Shown here: piece after piece, positions 1-9,580 of the stretch
How the letters are laid out: each line of letters begins with the position of its first letter
How positions within the stretch are numbered: the first letter of the stretch is position 1
Source of the DNA: Actinomycetota bacterium
GTDB taxonomy: Bacteria > Actinomycetota > Actinomycetes > S36-B12
Direction: 5' to 3'
DNA: 64,000 nucleotides
NCBI GenBank assembly: GCA_009699015.1
Contig: WLOY01000001.1
Span: 414-64,413, forward strand
Translations under genes and position numbers: made by a program
The notes under the pieces: generated by a model
What the model was told of the DNA's origin: nothing
Seen by the model: the letters and a program-made list of their open reading frames with translations, nothing else
Database searches by the model: none

Positions 1-13
1 CTAGGAGTTTTTC

Positions 14-514
14 GTGCGCGTAGGTCGAATCATCGCCATCGCAAGTGCCCTCGTCGCAATGACCGCCATCGCCCAGGGAGCCCCCGCGATCGCTGCAGAG
101 ATCCCCGCCGGGGCCACCACCCTCGTGCTGTTGAACGACATTCCCATGAGCACGACAATCCCCGGCCTCGGCGGTGCACCCGTCGGCACCGTGTCGATCC
201 ATGAAGCCATCCTGCGATCAAGCAAGGGCAAAGCTGTCGGTACATTCAACGTCGTCGTGACAACCGTCGACATGTCGGCCGGCGACGTCACCGAAGCCCG
301 CATGCGAAACGTGGTGTTTCGCTTGAAGGACGGCCAAATAATCGCCAGCGGCATCGGGCTCTACCTGAACACGGAGAAGTACCTTGCGGTGCAGGTTCCT
401 CATCGCATCGCCATTGTCGGTGGCACCGACAAGTACCTCGGTGCCCGAGGCGAGGTCACCACGACACGCAGCGCCGACGGCACTTACCGTCACGTCCTGA
501 CCCTTCTGAAGTAG
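14..514 (+). CDS. secreted hypothetical protein
   Basis: 166-aa GTG-started ORF. The N-terminus MRVGRIIAIASALVAMTAIAQGAPA looks like a Sec signal peptide. The mature part is beta-rich; no family recognised with certainty. Confidence 0.55.
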   Translation: MRVGRIIAIASALVAMTAIAQGAPAIAAEIPAGATTLVLLNDIPMSTTIPGLGGAPVGTVSIHEAILRSSKGKAVGTFNVVVTTVDMSAGDVTEARMRNVVFRLKDGQIIASGIGLYLNTEKYLAVQVPHRIAIVGGTDKYLGARGEVTTTRSADGTYRHVLTLLK

Positions 515-663
515 GGGGTCTGACACGTCAACATTGTGCCGACGTTGAGGTTGATGGGTTCAGAGCATCCATCGCCGGGTTACCATGGGCGAAGTCGATG
601 GACCTTCGCCAAGCAAGGCCCGGATATTCATCGAGCGGAAACACAACTTCAGATTGGATCCTC

Positions 664-1068
664 ATGGTCTTCAGGATGCTCACCGTCAGCAGCGCCATCG
701 CCATCATGTGCGTCGGAAGCCTCGCGCTCCCCGTCGCTGCGAGTGCCGCGCCGGCGCTACCCAAGGTGAGCAACTGCGGCGAGATCTCCGCGAAGCCGAC
801 CGGGCTCGTCCTCTCCTGCGCCGACGCAAACACCGCGCTCGAGATGCTCAAGTGGACCGCCTGGGGCCAGTCGACTGCCCGGGCAACCGGGACCTTCTCT
901 GAGAACGACTGCTCGCCGACCTGCGTGGAGGGCATGTACCACCGATACAAGGCAACTGTCACGCTGTCAGCCCCGAAGACCATCAACGGCAAGAAGGTCT
1001 TCACGAAGGCCCGGGTCGTCTTTCCCGGGATCACAGACCAGTCGAATCGCACGTTCACACTGAACTGA
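664..1068 (+). CDS. secreted hypothetical protein
   Basis: ORF 598-1068. The internal ATG at 664 gives MVFRMLTVSSAIAIMCVGSLALPVAASAAPA, a typical signal peptide. The mature part has 4 Cys; no family recognised. Confidence 0.5.
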   Translation: MVFRMLTVSSAIAIMCVGSLALPVAASAAPALPKVSNCGEISAKPTGLVLSCADANTALEMLKWTAWGQSTARATGTFSENDCSPTCVEGMYHRYKATVTLSAPKTINGKKVFTKARVVFPGITDQSNRTFTLN

Positions 1069-1139
1069 GTCTTTCCAACTTGGGAGGCCCGCCACACCCC
1101 ATACTGCCGTTTGGTGGTGGGTTCCCATGTGGTGTTCCG

Positions 1140-2201
1140 TCAGACGGGCCCTACGAACGCCGCAAACTCCGCCATGATGAATGCGGTGTGCTCACCTGGC
1201 TCTGGGGCTCGACCGACAGCATGGCCTGTTTCGCGTGTCGGAAGCCTGAAGCCCCCGTCCCCGAAGCCGGCGAGCGCCAATTGGGCAACCGCACGATCGT
1301 CCGCCTGCGCATGCGCGGTCGTAATGGGGAGGTCGTGCACCTGCGCCAGCGAAAGGATCTCACTCAACTGCAACTGGGCTATGCGCGCGCTGACACGTCC
1401 GTGAAGCTCCTCCGCGCGAATGACCCGGCCCGAGTAGTCGGCGAGGGCCGGATCCTGCCCAAGATCACCCAACTCAAGGGCGGTGCACAAGCGCGACCAG
1501 AAATGATCCTCCAGTACCGCAATAACAACTTCGTGATCATCGCACGTGCGGAAGACCCCGTAAGTCGGCTCCATCCCGGAGCGAGGCGGCTTCACCCGGG
1601 ACCAGCTGAGCGCGAGTTCGAGCATTGACACATCCAACTTGGCCCCGACTCCGAAATCCCTTGCGCGAACCCAAGCCGCCACGATGCTCAACGCGGCTGT
1701 CGTCCCCGTGCCTAGGTCCACCCAGGGAACTCCGATATGACCCGATGTGCGATGTGCCCCCGAAGGATCACCCCAGGCCATGAGATTGAGATCGTGAACC
1801 GGAACATGCGCGTATGGTCCGTCCGCGCCGAAGCCAGAAATCGAGCAATAGACCAAGCGCGAGTTCACTGCCTGGCATGCCGTCCAGTCGACACCTAGCC
1901 GGGCCATCACGCCCGGGCGAAAGCTCTCCACCACGACGTCCGAACCTTGGACAAGTCCCAGCGCCGCGGTGCGTCCGGACTCCGACTTCAGGTCAAGGGT
2001 CACCGACTCCTTTCCCGCGTTCACCCGGTCAAACATTTCCGGATCGAGGGTCCGACTCGGATCGCCCTGCGGCGGCTCGATTTTGATCACGCGGGCGCCA
2101 AGGCTCTTGAGCAGTGCTGTCGCGAATGGTCCTGGCAGTTGTTGAGTGAAGTCGAGGACGGTCAGGTCACGGAGCACGCCGGCACCATGGTCGGGGACCA
2201 T
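1140..2201 (-). CDS. family III CoA-transferase (CaiB/BaiF type)
   Basis: 353 aa. N-terminal LTVLDFTQQLPGPFATALLKSLGARVIKIEPPQGDPSR is the hallmark start of class III CoA-transferases. Confidence 0.85.
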   Translation of the reverse strand: MVPDHGAGVLRDLTVLDFTQQLPGPFATALLKSLGARVIKIEPPQGDPSRTLDPEMFDRVNAGKESVTLDLKSESGRTAALGLVQGSDVVVESFRPGVMARLGVDWTACQAVNSRLVYCSISGFGADGPYAHVPVHDLNLMAWGDPSGAHRTSGHIGVPWVDLGTGTTAALSIVAAWVRARDFGVGAKLDVSMLELALSWSRVKPPRSGMEPTYGVFRTCDDHEVVIAVLEDHFWSRLCTALELGDLGQDPALADYSGRVIRAEELHGRVSARIAQLQLSEILSLAQVHDLPITTAHAQADDRAVAQLALAGFGDGGFRLPTRETGHAVGRAPEPGEHTAFIMAEFAAFVGPV

Positions 2202-2228
2202 ACAACGCGTATTCGACGAGTCCGTGCA

Positions 2229-3173
2229 CTAGAAGACCGCCATCGCGTTCGCCGGAGAACCAACTCCGCCAGGGAGCCGAAAGGGCTTGGCAACGAAAAG
2301 GAACTCATATCTTGCCCTGCTCTTGCATTCGCGACTCAGATCGACGAGGTCGAAGAGCTCTCCCATGGTCAGGCCAAACAGACCCAGCAAAGCTGGGTGC
2401 AGACGGGTGTCCGGCCCTCTCGGAGGCGTCACCTCCACCCCAATATTGTCGGCGCAGATCGCGGCCACGTGCTTGTCCCACAGCCATTCGAGCGTGGTCT
2501 CGTCTTGCATCAGGCCCGGCGCCTCGTAGCGCATCTCAATACTGCCGGGCTTATCGATCAGCCGACGCAAGAAGGTATCGACCCCGAATCGGACGAGCAG
2601 TATGTCTCCCGTTTTGATCGTGACCCCTTGGCTCTCCGCCACGTCATCGAGGATTGCCGTCGAGATCTCACGGCGAGAGTTGGGCTCAATCGGATCACCG
2701 ATCGACGCCATGTACTCGCAGACGTCAAGCAGGACGCCCCGGCCGATGATGCCTGATTCCGCGACCTTGTCTATGCCAAGGAGCGATCGTGGGTTGAGGG
2801 AGTCCGCATCATTCACGAGATCGTTGTAAAAGCCATCCGGGGATCTCACATGCCGAAGACTGTCCCATTGACTCGAAAGTTGGGGTGCGAAATCGTCCAG
2901 CGTCTCATCAAGGTACCCCGGCATGATCTCGAAGACGTTGTGCTTGAACTTCGGGCGAAAATCGAAGATCTCCAGGGGAATGTCGAGCGGATGATCAAGG
3001 TTGATCGTCACTCCCTCTTCGACTAGTGCGGCAGCCGCACGCCTGCGCTCCGGGGTCAGCAATTCAAGGGTCCCGAGTTCAGAGTCCTTGCCAAACACCC
3101 CCCAGCCCGTGCGCCAAGGCGCTCCATTCTTTGAGAGGGGCAACTCGTTGTAACTCGGCAACTCGCCATTCAT
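2229..3173 (-). CDS. cyclase-family protein (kynurenine-formamidase-like fold), paralog 1
   Basis: 314 aa. GRGVLLDV, GDILLVRFG and the C-terminal PGGVGSPANAMAVF match the cyclase-family layout. GGAGGG RBS upstream of the ATG at 3173. Confidence 0.7.
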   Translation of the reverse strand: MNGELPSYNELPLSKNGAPWRTGWGVFGKDSELGTLELLTPERRRAAAALVEEGVTINLDHPLDIPLEIFDFRPKFKHNVFEIMPGYLDETLDDFAPQLSSQWDSLRHVRSPDGFYNDLVNDADSLNPRSLLGIDKVAESGIIGRGVLLDVCEYMASIGDPIEPNSRREISTAILDDVAESQGVTIKTGDILLVRFGVDTFLRRLIDKPGSIEMRYEAPGLMQDETTLEWLWDKHVAAICADNIGVEVTPPRGPDTRLHPALLGLFGLTMGELFDLVDLSRECKSRARYEFLFVAKPFRLPGGVGSPANAMAVF

Positions 3174-3205
3174 GCTCGTGTCCCTCCTACGTTCGCCCGC
3201 TTCAT

Positions 3206-3979
3206 TTAGGCGCTCGTGCCGCCGTCGACAGGAAGGTTCACTCCTGTGACGAATGCGGACAGATCGGAGGCGAAGAACAGGGCCGCCCGCGCGACGTCCT
3301 CCGCAGTGGCCAGGCGCCCCATGGGGATGCCAGCGGCCAACTCATCGCGGGACATGAGGCCACCTGACTCGTCCAGGAACTGGGGCAGCATCGGGGTGTC
3401 CGCCGCCACCGGGCACAGCGAGTTGACGCGCACTCCGAACGGGGCGAACTCTTTGGCCAGTGACCGTGTGAGCATCACAGCACCACCCTTGGCTGCCTGA
3501 TACCCGGAGTGGTTTGCCCGGCCCTTGAGACCAGAAAGCGACGCTGTGATGATCAGTGAGCCGCGCGAATCCTTGAGAGCTGGGGCTGCGTGCTTCGCCA
3601 GTAGCCATGGCCCCTTGATGTTCACGGCCATAAGGCGGTCGAAGAGGTCCTCGTCGTACGCCTCCACCGTGGCGAACGGTGCGGGCATGCCAGCATTTGC
3701 CCACGCGACATCGAGTTTCCCGAACTCCGCAATGGTGCCGGCAACAAGTCGCTCAGTGTCCGCCGAACTCGTGGCGTCGTAGCGGAAGGCCTTGCAAATA
3801 CCACCGGCTGCCACCACCTCTCGCTCAGTTTCGAGGGCTTGCTCTTCATTGAGGTCGGCCACGACGACCCGTGCACCCTCCTCCGCGAATATCCGAGCGC
3901 CGGCTCGGCCCATGCCGGATGCGCCACCTGTGATGATGATGACCTTGTCCTGTAAGAGATTCACTTCTCGTTCTCCCAT
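3206..3979 (-). CDS. short-chain dehydrogenase/reductase (SDR)
   Basis: ITGGASGMGRA glycine motif, NAG, S...YxxxK (YQAAK). An alternative GTG start at 3964 has a better-spaced GGAGAA RBS. Confidence 0.85.
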   Translation of the reverse strand: MGEREVNLLQDKVIIITGGASGMGRAGARIFAEEGARVVVADLNEEQALETEREVVAAGGICKAFRYDATSSADTERLVAGTIAEFGKLDVAWANAGMPAPFATVEAYDEDLFDRLMAVNIKGPWLLAKHAAPALKDSRGSLIITASLSGLKGRANHSGYQAAKGGAVMLTRSLAKEFAPFGVRVNSLCPVAADTPMLPQFLDESGGLMSRDELAAGIPMGRLATAEDVARAALFFASDLSAFVTGVNLPVDGGTSA

Positions 3980-3991
3980 GCCTCGACGGAT

Positions 3992-5443
3992 CTAGCTCTG
4001 GCCGACACTGATGATCGTGGTACGAACTTGCGTGTAGTGCTGTAGGGCCTCAAGGCCCTTTTCCCTCCCCATGCCGCTGTCCTTCCAGCCACCGAACGGA
4101 GTCTCGACACCGCCGCCGAACCAGTTGTTGATGAAGACCTGACCAGCCTCGAGCCCAGCCGAGAAGCGCAGCGCCCTATCGATGTCGCGCGTCCACACAC
4201 CGGCAACAAGCCCGTAATTCGACTCGTTGGCCATCTTCAGCGCCTGCTCATCCGTGGTAAATCGAGCTGTGACGAGCACCGGTCCAAAGATCTCCTCGCG
4301 AACCAAGCGAGAGTCCTGAGCGCACTCGAAGATGGCGGGGCCGACGTAGAACCCATCAGGGTGCCTGTCAAGAACAGTCGGCTTCACCTCAAGTATCGGT
4401 TTCCCGCCAAGCTCTACTGCCCTGTCAAGGTAGGACCTCACTCGGGCGAACTGTTCGCGAGTGGCGATCGGGCCGATGTCAGGGTCCTCGTCCGCCGCAC
4501 CGACACTGACCTCCAGAAGTCGCTCGCGCAGGCGAGTGGTGAACTCCTCGTAGATCGAATCCTCAACATAGAGCCTGCTGCCCGCCGAGCATGCCTGCCC
4601 GGAGTTGTAGGTAATCGCAAGAACGGTTCCGTCCACAGCGCGATCAAGGTCCGCGTCGGCGAAAACAATGTTGGGTGACTTGCCACCGAGTTCGAGCCCG
4701 ACGGGGATGAGTCGATCGGCGGCGGCGCGGGCGATGATCTTGCCCACTTCAACCGAACCGGTGAACATCAATCGCCGCACGCCCGGATCCGCCACGAGGG
4801 CCGCACCAGTGGTGGGCCCATCGCCGGGGATGACGTTCCACACGCCGGGCGGGAGGCCGCACTCAGTTGCGATCCGCGCCAGGATCGGGTTCGTCAGCGG
4901 TGCATCCTCGGCCGGCTTGACCACCACGCAATTGCCCGTGGCGAGTGCTGGCGCAACGCTGCGCGCGGCCTGCTGCAGTGGCGCGTTCCACGGGAGAATG
5001 ATGCCGATCACGCCGTACGGAGCATGTTCCGTGAACGCGTGGTAACTCGGCCCTAGGGGAATCACGTCACCGTGCAGTTTGTCTGCGGCCCCCGCGTAGA
5101 ACTCGAAGTATCTCGCGGTTGACTCGACGTCACCGAGTGCCATCGTCATTGGCTTGCCGGTATCAAGGCCTTCGATGCGCGCAAGTTCCGGGGCCTGCGC
5201 GCGAATCTCCTGGGCAATAGCGGTGAGAATCCGACCCCGGTCAGCAGGCTTCGTGGCAGCCCAACGAGGCTGCGCCAGCCGCGAGGACTCCACTGCTGCG
5301 TGCACATCAGCCGCGGTCGCCACGGGCGTGCTCGCGATGACCGCCCCGGTAGAGGGGTTGAGTGTGTCGTAGCGCTCGCCCGCCGGGAGTCGAAGGACTT
5401 CGCCGTCGATGTAGGCCTCTGTGATGAGCTCGAGATGCGCCAT
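3992..5443 (-). CDS. NAD(P)-dependent aldehyde dehydrogenase
   Basis: 483 aa. Contains FTGS, ELGGKSP, the catalytic-Cys context GQACSAGSR, and EEIFGPV. Confidence 0.9.
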   Translation of the reverse strand: MAHLELITEAYIDGEVLRLPAGERYDTLNPSTGAVIASTPVATAADVHAAVESSRLAQPRWAATKPADRGRILTAIAQEIRAQAPELARIEGLDTGKPMTMALGDVESTARYFEFYAGAADKLHGDVIPLGPSYHAFTEHAPYGVIGIILPWNAPLQQAARSVAPALATGNCVVVKPAEDAPLTNPILARIATECGLPPGVWNVIPGDGPTTGAALVADPGVRRLMFTGSVEVGKIIARAAADRLIPVGLELGGKSPNIVFADADLDRAVDGTVLAITYNSGQACSAGSRLYVEDSIYEEFTTRLRERLLEVSVGAADEDPDIGPIATREQFARVRSYLDRAVELGGKPILEVKPTVLDRHPDGFYVGPAIFECAQDSRLVREEIFGPVLVTARFTTDEQALKMANESNYGLVAGVWTRDIDRALRFSAGLEAGQVFINNWFGGGVETPFGGWKDSGMGREKGLEALQHYTQVRTTIISVGQS

Positions 5444-5511
5444 TGGTCACCTAACTGCGATCGGGCTGTTGAGCAGCCGTGATGGATGTGCGGAATGCAG
5501 GGTCATGGGAT

Positions 5512-6279
5512 TCACGCTTCGGCGGTCCGTGTGTCGAGCAATCCCATCGCTCCCGCAATGGCATCGCTGCAGGCGAGCATTTCCGTGATGATGCGGGGCC
5601 TGTCCTGGGATGAGACGAGGTCGCGGAAGGCCGAGACGTGAACGGCAGCGATGAGACGACCCGGTGCCCCCCACACGGGAACGGCAAAGCCGAAGATGCC
5701 TGAGATCGTTTCCTCATTACTGATTGAGTACCGCTGGTCCCGGATGGTCGCAAACTCGACCTCAAGGTCATCTGGGAGCCTGATCGTGTGACTCGTGAGT
5801 GCTGGCATCGGCGCCGTGAGGGTCGCGGCCTCGAGGTCCTGCGAGAAGGCGCAGTACAGTTTTCCTGCAGCGCTTGAATGCAAGGGCACCGGGTCACCAA
5901 GACGAATGTCAACGGCAGCACGCCCCTGGCCGGGAATTCGATCTACGTAGGTCACAGCATTGCCCACCCTGATCGCCAAATACACGTCGTGTCCCAAGTT
6001 GGACGCGAGCCTCTCGAGGTGCTGGTGGGCCAGCACCCGAACATCGAGGGACTGACCGGTCGCGAATGCGAGTTGAATGAATCGGGGACCGATGCGGTAG
6101 GTGCGCTCCTCGTCAACGCATATCAATTCTGCTTTCACCATGGAGCGAAGGAGATCATGCGTGCTGCTTATCGGATGATCGAGTACCTGGCACACTTCTG
6201 ACATTCGAACGCCGACCGATTTGCGGCTGAGGACGAGTTCAAGCACCTCGGCGATTCGCTCGACCTTGTCACCTGCCAC
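5512..6279 (-). CDS. IclR-family transcriptional regulator
   Basis: 255 aa, GTG start. N-terminal wHTH (VERIAEVLELVLSRKSVGVRMSEVCQVLDHPISSTHDLLRSM) plus a C-terminal IclR effector-domain pattern. Confidence 0.85.
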   Translation of the reverse strand: MAGDKVERIAEVLELVLSRKSVGVRMSEVCQVLDHPISSTHDLLRSMVKAELICVDEERTYRIGPRFIQLAFATGQSLDVRVLAHQHLERLASNLGHDVYLAIRVGNAVTYVDRIPGQGRAAVDIRLGDPVPLHSSAAGKLYCAFSQDLEAATLTAPMPALTSHTIRLPDDLEVEFATIRDQRYSISNEETISGIFGFAVPVWGAPGRLIAAVHVSAFRDLVSSQDRPRIITEMLACSDAIAGAMGLLDTRTAEA

Positions 6280-6281
6280 GT

Positions 6282-7892
6282 CTAGGTCCCCATATTCGAT
6301 CGGGTGGCAAGGATCCTTGCCTCCATTCGGGAGATCTTTCCTGTCGAGGTGAGCGGGAGCGAGTCAACGACGAGCACAATGGCCGGGACCTTGAACGCCG
6401 CGATACTCGACTTGCATTGCGAAATGAGGGCTGTCGGGTCAATCGTCCGTCCGGCGACAGGCTGCACGATCGCCACAACGACCTCCCCTCGAAGTTCGTT
6501 CGGAGCCCCCACGACAACGCAGCCTGCTACTTCGTCAAGGGAATTGATGAACTCCTCGACTTCAGCGGGAGAGACGTTGATCCCAGACGTCTTGATCATG
6601 TCGGTCGCCCTCGCGATGAATCGGAGTGAACCGTCCTCCAGCAGCACCCCAAGGTCACCCGTTCGATACCACGCATCCGTGGTAAAGGTCTTCGCATTGA
6701 GTTCAGGATCGTTGAGGTAGCCGCGCGTGACGTATCCCCGCACCTCGATGAGGCCTTGGCCCTCAGCTATCGGTTCTCCCGTCTGGGCATCGGTGATGCG
6801 GACTTCGACCCCCGGCAGGGGGGGGCCTTGGCATTCCGCTCGCTGTGCGAGGGGCATCTCACGCGGCGTGACGCAGCAGTTGCCGTAGATCTCGGTTGCT
6901 CCATAGATGTTGCAGATGCCGGAGATGCCGAGCTCAACGGCGAGGGAGATCTCGCCGGGGTTCCCAATCGTCAGCCCGGTTTGCAAGGATGCGAGCTTGG
7001 CACGTTCGCTCGACGGCAGCGCCGCCAGTTCATGAATGATCGTCGGAAGGAGATATGCGGCAGTGCAGCGCTCGCGAAAGATGAGGTCTGCGGCAGAGTT
7101 CGCGGTGTACTCCTCATGAAGCACGAGCGCTGCTCCATGAGTGAACACGGCCATCATCGCGTTGGCAATTCCGTAACTCCAAAAGAGCGGCGCACCAAGC
7201 CACACCCGGTCAGCCGGGGTGAGTTGCATACGCTCACCTATCGCGAACCCATTCTCGATCATGGCGTAGTGCGAAAGGGGTACGGCCTTCGGCCGAGCCG
7301 TGGACCCGGAGGTGTACACCACAACCGCATCATCAACAGCCGACGGGTAGCGGCGGTCAGGCCGGTCGGCATTGCCGGGTTCGCTCACCAGTGCTGACCA
7401 AGGCTCCGCGCCAACCGGCAACTCATCCCCGATGACGATTACCGATCGAAGACTCGGGAATCGCAAAGATGGAGCCCTTGAAAGATTTGTCTCCCAGATT
7501 TCGGGCACGATGTCCTGAAGAGTCGCGAGGAGGCGGTGCTTGCCGACAGTCGCTGCGATGACTAAGGCGGAACACTTTGAGTGCTCGAGCAGATATGCCA
7601 ACTCAAGGGGCTTCACGAAGGTGTTGAACGCCGAAAGCTGGGCACCAACGGCTTGAACTGCCAGTGCCGTTGGGATCCATTCACGAATATTCGGTGCAAG
7701 CAGCGCCACCACCGAACCGGGTCCGATTCCTCGATTCAGCAGTGACTCAGCGAGACCCTCCATCAGTTTCTCGAGCTCCGAGTACGTCATCGGAGCACCC
7801 GTCTCAGGAATGATTGCCGGTGCCTCGGGAGTAAGCGAACTCCACTCCTTCACGAGATCAGGCACGGTGCGTGCCCACGGCCGGCGACTCAC
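6282..7892 (-). CDS. AMP-dependent acyl-CoA synthetase/ligase
   Basis: 536 aa. YTSGSTARPKAV AMP-binding motif, GYVTRGY, TGDLG, and a C-terminal lysine context SLPLTSTGKISR. Confidence 0.9.
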   Translation of the reverse strand: MSRRPWARTVPDLVKEWSSLTPEAPAIIPETGAPMTYSELEKLMEGLAESLLNRGIGPGSVVALLAPNIREWIPTALAVQAVGAQLSAFNTFVKPLELAYLLEHSKCSALVIAATVGKHRLLATLQDIVPEIWETNLSRAPSLRFPSLRSVIVIGDELPVGAEPWSALVSEPGNADRPDRRYPSAVDDAVVVYTSGSTARPKAVPLSHYAMIENGFAIGERMQLTPADRVWLGAPLFWSYGIANAMMAVFTHGAALVLHEEYTANSAADLIFRERCTAAYLLPTIIHELAALPSSERAKLASLQTGLTIGNPGEISLAVELGISGICNIYGATEIYGNCCVTPREMPLAQRAECQGPPLPGVEVRITDAQTGEPIAEGQGLIEVRGYVTRGYLNDPELNAKTFTTDAWYRTGDLGVLLEDGSLRFIARATDMIKTSGINVSPAEVEEFINSLDEVAGCVVVGAPNELRGEVVVAIVQPVAGRTIDPTALISQCKSSIAAFKVPAIVLVVDSLPLTSTGKISRMEARILATRSNMGT

Positions 7893-7894
7893 GA

Positions 7895-8380
7895 TTAGGT
7901 GGGTTCGTTGTCTGAGAGCTCGAACCAGTAGTCGGTCACATCCCCCTTGGGCTGCGGGCTGAAATGGACGTTCACGCGCTTGCCGATCGCCAGTTGCTCC
8001 GTCGCCGACTTCACGTCTGTGAGATCAATCCCGTGGACGTAGCCGAGGAGCGCTGTGCTTGCTCCGTCGAGAAGGACGTAGGCAATCGCGTATGGCGGCG
8101 CCGGAAGCCCCTTGAACGGTTCGTAGACGATCGTCATCATCTCGATGACCCCTTCATTGGCCACCTCCTGCCAATCCCCGGTCTCCACGAAGCAGCGGTC
8201 GCAGTATGAACGCGGCGGGACGAGAACTCTGGAGCACTTCGGGCACTGACGGCCAAGGAGCTTCGCGTCACGCAGCCCGTCAAGGAACACCCCGACAGTC
8301 GCGCCGAGAGCGTGTCGGTAACTGAGGTCCCAGGTTTGCTCGTAGAAGCGAGCCGGGGCGGTTTCGCTTGCGGATGTCAT
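7895..8380 (-). CDS. DUF35 protein (rubredoxin-like Zn ribbon + OB fold)
   Basis: CPKC...CDRC Zn ribbon followed by an OB-fold segment. The start MTSASE at 8380 overlaps the upstream stop (ATGA). The longer ORF to 8566 is an Arg/Gly-rich artefact. Confidence 0.8.
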   Translation of the reverse strand: MTSASETAPARFYEQTWDLSYRHALGATVGVFLDGLRDAKLLGRQCPKCSRVLVPPRSYCDRCFVETGDWQEVANEGVIEMMTIVYEPFKGLPAPPYAIAYVLLDGASTALLGYVHGIDLTDVKSATEQLAIGKRVNVHFSPQPKGDVTDYWFELSDNEPT

Positions 8381-9576
8381 GGGTGTCCAATCGGATCGAG
8401 ATGGTTGGCAATGACGAAAGTCGAGTAGAACTGGTGGTCTCCACCAATGGCGCTGGCGATGGCTACCTTGGCCCCCGCCACCTGCCGATCGCCCGCACGG
8501 CCGAGAACCTGAGTCGCTGCCTCGATGACTCTCACCGTTCCGGTCACCGCGATGGGGTTCGTGCACTGGGTACCCCCGGAGGGATTGACGACGACTCCCT
8601 CGGCGCCTAGGTGGAAGGCACCGCCGGCGAGAAGCGCTGGCGCTTCACCCCGTCCACAGAGTCCGGCCGCCTCAATCACGTGGAATTCCACACTTGAGAA
8701 CGGCGCGTAGATTTCGGCCACATCGATCTGGGACGTTGGATCGGTGATTCCCGCCTGTGCATACGCGCGGTCAAAGGCGACGGCCAGGGCATCTGCGTCA
8801 GCGTGGTCACCCAGTGCCTGAGGACCGACGCGATCACCCATCCAGAAGGTCTCCGTGTTCTGGCCCAGTCCTCGGATCCAGGCCACCGGTTTCTTCAGGC
8901 GGGATGCATACTCCTCAGAGACGAGGATGAGCGCGGCTCCGCCAGTGGAGGATGGGCAGACATCGCCAAGTTTCAGCGGCCAGGCGAGAATCCTAGAGTT
9001 CAGGACGTCATCCTCGGTTACCAGTTCGCGCAGGTGTGCGTGGGGGTTGAGGGAAGCATGCCGACGGTTCTTCACCGTCACTCGCGCCATGTCACGCTCG
9101 TCAGCCCCGTACATGTGGTTGTAGCGCATCGCCGACATTGCGAGCATCGTTATGGTGTTTTGCGGATACGGGCGCTCGTAGGCCACGTCCCACATCTTGT
9201 TGAGAACAGATTGGGCTGAAAGCGACTCGCTCACTCGGTCAGCACCAGCAACGAGTACGACGTCAAAGAGGCCGGACGCAACGTGCATCCACGCAGCCTC
9301 AACGGCGCTCGCGCCAGTAGCGCCACCGTTGTTCACCCGCATAACGGGCTTGCCTGTGGCTCCGATCGATTCGATGAGCCACCGCTCGCCGTTTCCGATC
9401 CCGATGAGTGCATCAGGGGCAAGCGGCACGACGACCGCCTCGATGTCGGTCATCGACAGGCCGGCATCGTCGAATGCCAACTGCGCACCTTCACGGACGA
9501 GCTCTGGATACGTTACATCCGTTCGCTTGGTGACGAAGTCCGTCTGGCCGACTCCGAGTATCCCTACATTGCGCAT
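8377..9576 (-). CDS. thiolase-fold protein, SCP-x/Ltp-like, lacking the nucleophilic Cys
   Basis: 399 aa from MRNVGILGVGQTDF. The nucleophile loop reads VNNGGATGASAV (Gly where thiolases have Cys). C-terminal NPSGGTQCTNPIAVTG. Confidence 0.8.
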   Translation of the reverse strand: MRNVGILGVGQTDFVTKRTDVTYPELVREGAQLAFDDAGLSMTDIEAVVVPLAPDALIGIGNGERWLIESIGATGKPVMRVNNGGATGASAVEAAWMHVASGLFDVVLVAGADRVSESLSAQSVLNKMWDVAYERPYPQNTITMLAMSAMRYNHMYGADERDMARVTVKNRRHASLNPHAHLRELVTEDDVLNSRILAWPLKLGDVCPSSTGGAALILVSEEYASRLKKPVAWIRGLGQNTETFWMGDRVGPQALGDHADADALAVAFDRAYAQAGITDPTSQIDVAEIYAPFSSVEFHVIEAAGLCGRGEAPALLAGGAFHLGAEGVVVNPSGGTQCTNPIAVTGTVRVIEAATQVLGRAGDRQVAGAKVAIASAIGGDHQFYSTFVIANHLDPIGHP

Positions 9577-9580
9577 GTCC

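Noticed and set aside
1108-1115. A further CGTTTGGT copy (within CTGCCGTTTGGT, a 12-mer also present at 27280-27291)
   Set aside because: It lies in the convergent 3' region between two gene ends, not at a promoter. I did not count it as regulon evidence, and it may be chance.
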